Shown in pieces: positions 35,540 through 39,181 of a DNA stretch of 39,181 nucleotides. Each line of letters opens with the position of its first letter. Within the stretch, counting starts at the first letter, position 1. The notes beneath the pieces were generated by a model. It saw nothing but the letters and a program-made list of their open reading frames with translations, was not told the origin of the DNA and ran no database searches. Position numbers and translations under genes: made by a program. Source of the DNA: Candidatus Nanohaloarchaea archaeon (GTDB taxonomy: Archaea; Nanohalarchaeota; Nanosalinia; Nanosalinales; Nanosalinaceae); assembly GCA_041640075.1 (NCBI GenBank), contig JBEQAY010000006.1, positions 1-39,181 of the forward strand. Direction: 5' to 3'.

Positions 35540-35604
35540 TCTTTTGAATACATTCAGGCTTCACCGACTTTTTATTCCAGCGAGGCCTTAAACGAAACTA
35601 AGGA

Positions 35605-37029
35605 ATGAGGATAAAAAGAGTTTCCGGTATACTGGGTCGCTTCCTGCAGATTTACGCATTACTGGCCGTAGTGCCGGCGCTTGTGGCGCTCTTCTACTCC
35701 GAACCGTTCTCGAATATAGCCTATTTCATTGTTACAGCAGCTCTTTCCCTTGTTTCAGGCAGTTTCCTGGCTTACTTTGGAGATGCTGATGACCCTTCTG
35801 TAAAGGATGCGATAGTTGCCACTGTCGGAGGATGGATTCTGGCAGTGATTATAGGCGCGATACCTCTAACCTCTTACATGGTGCCTCTGGACGCTGTTTT
35901 CGAGGCCATGGCAGGTTTCACAACTACAGGTATCTCCCTCCTGGCCGAACCTTCACAGCTTTCCCACTCAATGCTTTTCTGGAGGAGCTTCACCCAGTGG
36001 ATCGGGGGACTTGGTATACTCACCTTCTTCATCGCAGTTATCAGGGAGTCTGGTGGAGCATCACAGAGACTTTTCTCCGCAGAGGCTCATAAAACAGATG
36101 CAGGCTCCATAAGACCGTCACTTACAAAATCCATAATCGATCTCTGGAGGGTCTACGGGTTCGTCACGTCGGTAATCTTCGTGGTTTACGTATCATTGGG
36201 GATGAACTTCTTCAACGCCATAAACCACGCATTCACAGTATTATCCACAGGAGGTTTTTCCACGTCAGCACAGAGCATGTCAGCCTTCAACCCGGCTATA
36301 CAGACAGCAACAGTGCTTTTCATGTTCATTGGAGGTTTGAACTTTATCCTGCTCTACATGCTTCTCAGAGCAGACTGGAGACCTATGCTGAAAAACACAG
36401 AGTTCAAGGTCTACATGCTTTTCTTCCTGGTTGTGACAGTTCTAGCCATCAATGAACTAACGGCAGCACTTCCGCTTTCAGAAGCTCTTCTTCACGGGTC
36501 TTTCCAGTCAGCTGCTCTGATCTCTTCCACAGGTTATGCAACCGTCGGGGTTATGGAGTTCTCAAAGCCGTTGCTTGTATTATTCCTTTCTGTAATGTTT
36601 GTGGGAGGCTCTCTAGGTTCTACGTCCGGAGGTCTAAAGGTTTTCCGGCTGGTCACAATGTTAAAGCTTTTGAAAACCCGTCTCAGATCTTACTCTCTTC
36701 CAAAAACTGCTGTTAACAAGGTGAGGATCGATGGAGAAATTGTAAGCGATGAATCGGTGAAGACTATATCTGTTCTGCTCTTCGCCTGGCTATCTGTCAC
36801 TTTTGTATCAGCTCTTCTCATCGTGGCTTTTGATGGAGCGGATTTCATAGGTGCTTTCTCCGCCTCCATCTCTGCAGTAGGAAACATGGGACCGCTTTAT
36901 CTTTCAGGTGAAACCTTGATCGGTCTTTCCCCTGGTTCCAAAATCGTGATGATCTTCGGCATGCTCGCAGGAAGACTGGAGATGCTGCCGCTTCTGGCAA
37001 TATTTAATAGGGAAGTCATCAAACACTGA
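35605..37029 (+). CDS. trkH: Trk potassium uptake membrane subunit
   Basis: Four pore loops (GFTTTG, STGGF, SSTGY, GNMG); QWIGGLG, GSTSGGLK, GRLE. Confidence 0.95.
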   Translation: MRIKRVSGILGRFLQIYALLAVVPALVALFYSEPFSNIAYFIVTAALSLVSGSFLAYFGDADDPSVKDAIVATVGGWILAVIIGAIPLTSYMVPLDAVFEAMAGFTTTGISLLAEPSQLSHSMLFWRSFTQWIGGLGILTFFIAVIRESGGASQRLFSAEAHKTDAGSIRPSLTKSIIDLWRVYGFVTSVIFVVYVSLGMNFFNAINHAFTVLSTGGFSTSAQSMSAFNPAIQTATVLFMFIGGLNFILLYMLLRADWRPMLKNTEFKVYMLFFLVVTVLAINELTAALPLSEALLHGSFQSAALISSTGYATVGVMEFSKPLLVLFLSVMFVGGSLGSTSGGLKVFRLVTMLKLLKTRLRSYSLPKTAVNKVRIDGEIVSDESVKTISVLLFAWLSVTFVSALLIVAFDGADFIGAFSASISAVGNMGPLYLSGETLIGLSPGSKIVMIFGMLAGRLEMLPLLAIFNREVIKH

Positions 37030-37036
37030 AACAGCG

Positions 37037-37696
37037 ATGTATGTTGTGGTCACAGGGATCAATTCCCTATCTAAGAGACTGGTATCAAGACTGGAAGGCA
37101 AGCACGATGTAGTGGTTATAGATGGTGATAAGGACAGGTGTGAAAGACTGTACTCATCTACAGGAGCTACTGTCATAAACAAGTCGCCATCAACAATTTC
37201 TGCTCTCGAAGACGCAGGTGTGACCGAGGCAGATGTTTTGATAGCTTCACAGAGGGAAGATAATGAAAACATGGTTGTCTGCAGCCTTGCCCGCAAGTAT
37301 GGAGTACCTAAAGTCGTAACACGTGTTGAAGACGACGAATACACGGATGCATTCCAGTTGATCGGTGCAGACCCTGTAAGCCACAATGATATACTGATGA
37401 GTGAGTTCCTCTCGGCAGTAGAACATCCACATCTCGTTAAACTGGCAAACATTCAGGGCGACAGGGAAGTGGTCAAGGGCTCGGTCAGGAAAAACTCTGA
37501 TATAATAGGTGAGAAACTTTCAGAACTTGAAAGCAAGGACGGATTCCCGGACGATTTCCGTGTCACAGCACTTGTCAGAGAGGATGAGGAATATGTAGGC
37601 AATCAAGAGGAGGAGCTTGAATCTGAAGACGAGATAATAATGATAGGACCTCAGAGCCAGAAAGAACAGCTGAACAGCTTCTTCCAAAACCAGTAA
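37037..37696 (+). CDS. trkA: Trk potassium uptake regulatory subunit (RCK)
   Basis: Rossmann N-terminus 'YVVVTG', 'LEDAGV..AD', TrkA-C domain; adjacent to trkH. Confidence 0.9.
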   Translation: MYVVVTGINSLSKRLVSRLEGKHDVVVIDGDKDRCERLYSSTGATVINKSPSTISALEDAGVTEADVLIASQREDNENMVVCSLARKYGVPKVVTRVEDDEYTDAFQLIGADPVSHNDILMSEFLSAVEHPHLVKLANIQGDREVVKGSVRKNSDIIGEKLSELESKDGFPDDFRVTALVREDEEYVGNQEEELESEDEIIMIGPQSQKEQLNSFFQNQ

Positions 37697-37722
37697 AACA
37701 TCTTTCACCCAACTATTTTCCC

Positions 37723-39147
37723 ATGACAGCGATAGTCTGGATCAGACGTGCCCTGAGGGAACACGACAATACAGCCCTCGTGAAGGCCTCAGAGGAACAC
37801 GAAGAAGTCATACCTCTCTACGTGGTAGACGACAACTACTTCCAAACTGCTGAACTGGGGTATCCAAGGGTAAAGTTCTGGCATGACTCACTGAAGGAAC
37901 TCAAGGAAGATCTGGACAGCAAGGAAGGAAAAAAACTTGTCATCCGGAAAGGAAACCCTTTGAGACAGCTCGAAAAAATAATAGAGGAGACTGAGGCTGA
38001 TGCAGTATATCACAATAGGGACTATTCTCCGTACGCCCGGGAGAGAGATGAAAAAGTATCCGATGAACTTGATTTACCGGTTAAAACATTCAAGGATATA
38101 GTGATGTTCGAGAAAGAGGAGATACTGACAAATTCTGGCACTCCTTACAAGGTCTATACTTACTACAAGAAGAAATGGTTCGACAGGGACAAGAGACGAC
38201 CGCAGGAAGTCGAAGAATACTCTACACCTGAAACTGAATCAGATGAGATTCCTTCTCTACAAGAGCTTGGATTTGAGAAGCCAGAGGAGATGGAGGTCTG
38301 GGAAGGCGGCCGTGAAAACGGATTGAAGAGGATCAAGGACTTCAAGGAGAAGATCTGGAACTACGACGAGAACAGAGACTATGCCTGGAAGGATTCAACC
38401 TCAAAGCTTTCGCCCCACCTGAAGTTCGGTACTGTTTCTATACGGGAGGTTTTCTGGGAGGCTGAGAGGATCAAGGCAAGAAACCCGAATGACGACACAG
38501 AAGGTATCGAGACCTGGCAGGAGGAGCTTGCTTGGCGAGATTACTACATGCAGATTCTCTGGAACTATCCACATGAAGTCGATGAGCCTTTCATGGAGAA
38601 GTACAGAGACAATGAGCCTGACTGGGACTCGAAGGAGGAGGCGCCGGAGAAATGGAAGGCATGGGTGGAAGGTAAAACCGGCTATCCGTTCGTCGACGCC
38701 GGTATGCGCCAGTTAAAGAAGACAGGTTTCATGCACAACCGGTTGAGAATGGTTGTAACGAATTTCTCCTGCAAGGATCTCTGGCTGGACTGGCGCGACG
38801 TCCACGACTACTTCTCGAAGATGTTCGTCGATGCGGAGATAGCCGCTATGGTCGGGGGCATCCAGTGGAGCTACTCGATTGGAACAGATGCACAGCCCTA
38901 CTTCAGAGTCTTCAACCCGACCTCACAGGCAGAGCGATACGACCCTGACGGCGAATACATACGGAAATGGGTGCCGGAGCTTGAAGACGTGCCTGACAAG
39001 CATATCCACGAGCCCTGGAAGATGAACAAGCTGGAACAGGAACAGTGTGGTGTCGAGATCGGCGAAGACTATCCTGAACCGATAGTCGACCACGATGAGA
39101 AGAGAAAGAAATCTGTGGAAAGGTTCGAGAAACTTGAAGAAGACTAG
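37723..39147 (+). CDS. phr: Deoxyribodipyrimidine photolyase
   Basis: W.RR.LR..DN.AL, TSKLSPHL.FG, ELAWRDYY, G.TGYP.VDAGMRQL, MHNRLRM, YFRVFNP. Confidence 0.96.
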   Translation: MTAIVWIRRALREHDNTALVKASEEHEEVIPLYVVDDNYFQTAELGYPRVKFWHDSLKELKEDLDSKEGKKLVIRKGNPLRQLEKIIEETEADAVYHNRDYSPYARERDEKVSDELDLPVKTFKDIVMFEKEEILTNSGTPYKVYTYYKKKWFDRDKRRPQEVEEYSTPETESDEIPSLQELGFEKPEEMEVWEGGRENGLKRIKDFKEKIWNYDENRDYAWKDSTSKLSPHLKFGTVSIREVFWEAERIKARNPNDDTEGIETWQEELAWRDYYMQILWNYPHEVDEPFMEKYRDNEPDWDSKEEAPEKWKAWVEGKTGYPFVDAGMRQLKKTGFMHNRLRMVVTNFSCKDLWLDWRDVHDYFSKMFVDAEIAAMVGGIQWSYSIGTDAQPYFRVFNPTSQAERYDPDGEYIRKWVPELEDVPDKHIHEPWKMNKLEQEQCGVEIGEDYPEPIVDHDEKRKKSVERFEKLEED

Positions 39148-39181
39148 TCACGGAGAATTATTTTCATGGAGACAGGACTGA

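Noticed and set aside
475..39151. Numerous Ser/Phe/Leu-rich antisense ORFs in the track (e.g. 4327..4848, 5970..6362, 23949..24536, 33751..34311)
   Set aside because: They are shadows of Glu/Asp/Lys-rich genes on the opposite strand, with no motifs or start signals.
1..39181. CRISPR array, rRNA, transposase, tRNA introns, selenocysteine recoding
   Set aside because: No regularly spaced repeats, rRNA signatures or transposase motifs. The tRNAs are uninterrupted. The TGA anticodon reads UCA (Ser), not UGA. MsrA and MsrB use Cys.

Overview
Archaeal chromosomal DNA with strongly acidic proteins, GGTGA Shine-Dalgarno (SD) motifs and many near-leaderless genes. It most likely comes from a Nanohaloarchaeota-type (DPANN) halophile; this is inferred from protein acidity, gene content and compactness. 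Backbone: tuf-rpsJ; rps15/RecJ-DHH/rps3ae; rps6e-eIF2gamma-PIN-rpoE1-spt4-rps24e-rps27ae-kae1-tsaC...bud32; three tRNAs (Gln-CTG, Ser-TGA, Lys-CTT); K+/Na+ transport (three tandem Kef-type CPA2 antiporters, one further CPA antiporter, TrkH/TrkA); stress genes (msrA, msrB, photolyase). The best candidate for a new system lies between eIF2gamma and the PIN gene. It is an operon encoding an MscS-type channel fused to an intact papain-like (C39/phytochelatin-synthase-like) domain, one degenerate and one intact RimK-type ATP-grasp ligase, with a convergent DUF1611-like P-loop gene. Other notable signals: two 356-aa acidic coiled-coil paralogues with identical promoter motifs; a duplicated tRNA-Ser 3' end folded into a hairpin element; a dispersed ACCAGAAAC...GTTTCGG palindrome; an SD-led 17-codon uORF with hairpins before rps27ae; structured 5' leaders on rps6e and rps15; a probable AUC start codon; and C33 in tRNA-Gln. 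All family assignments are by eye from motifs; no searches were run.
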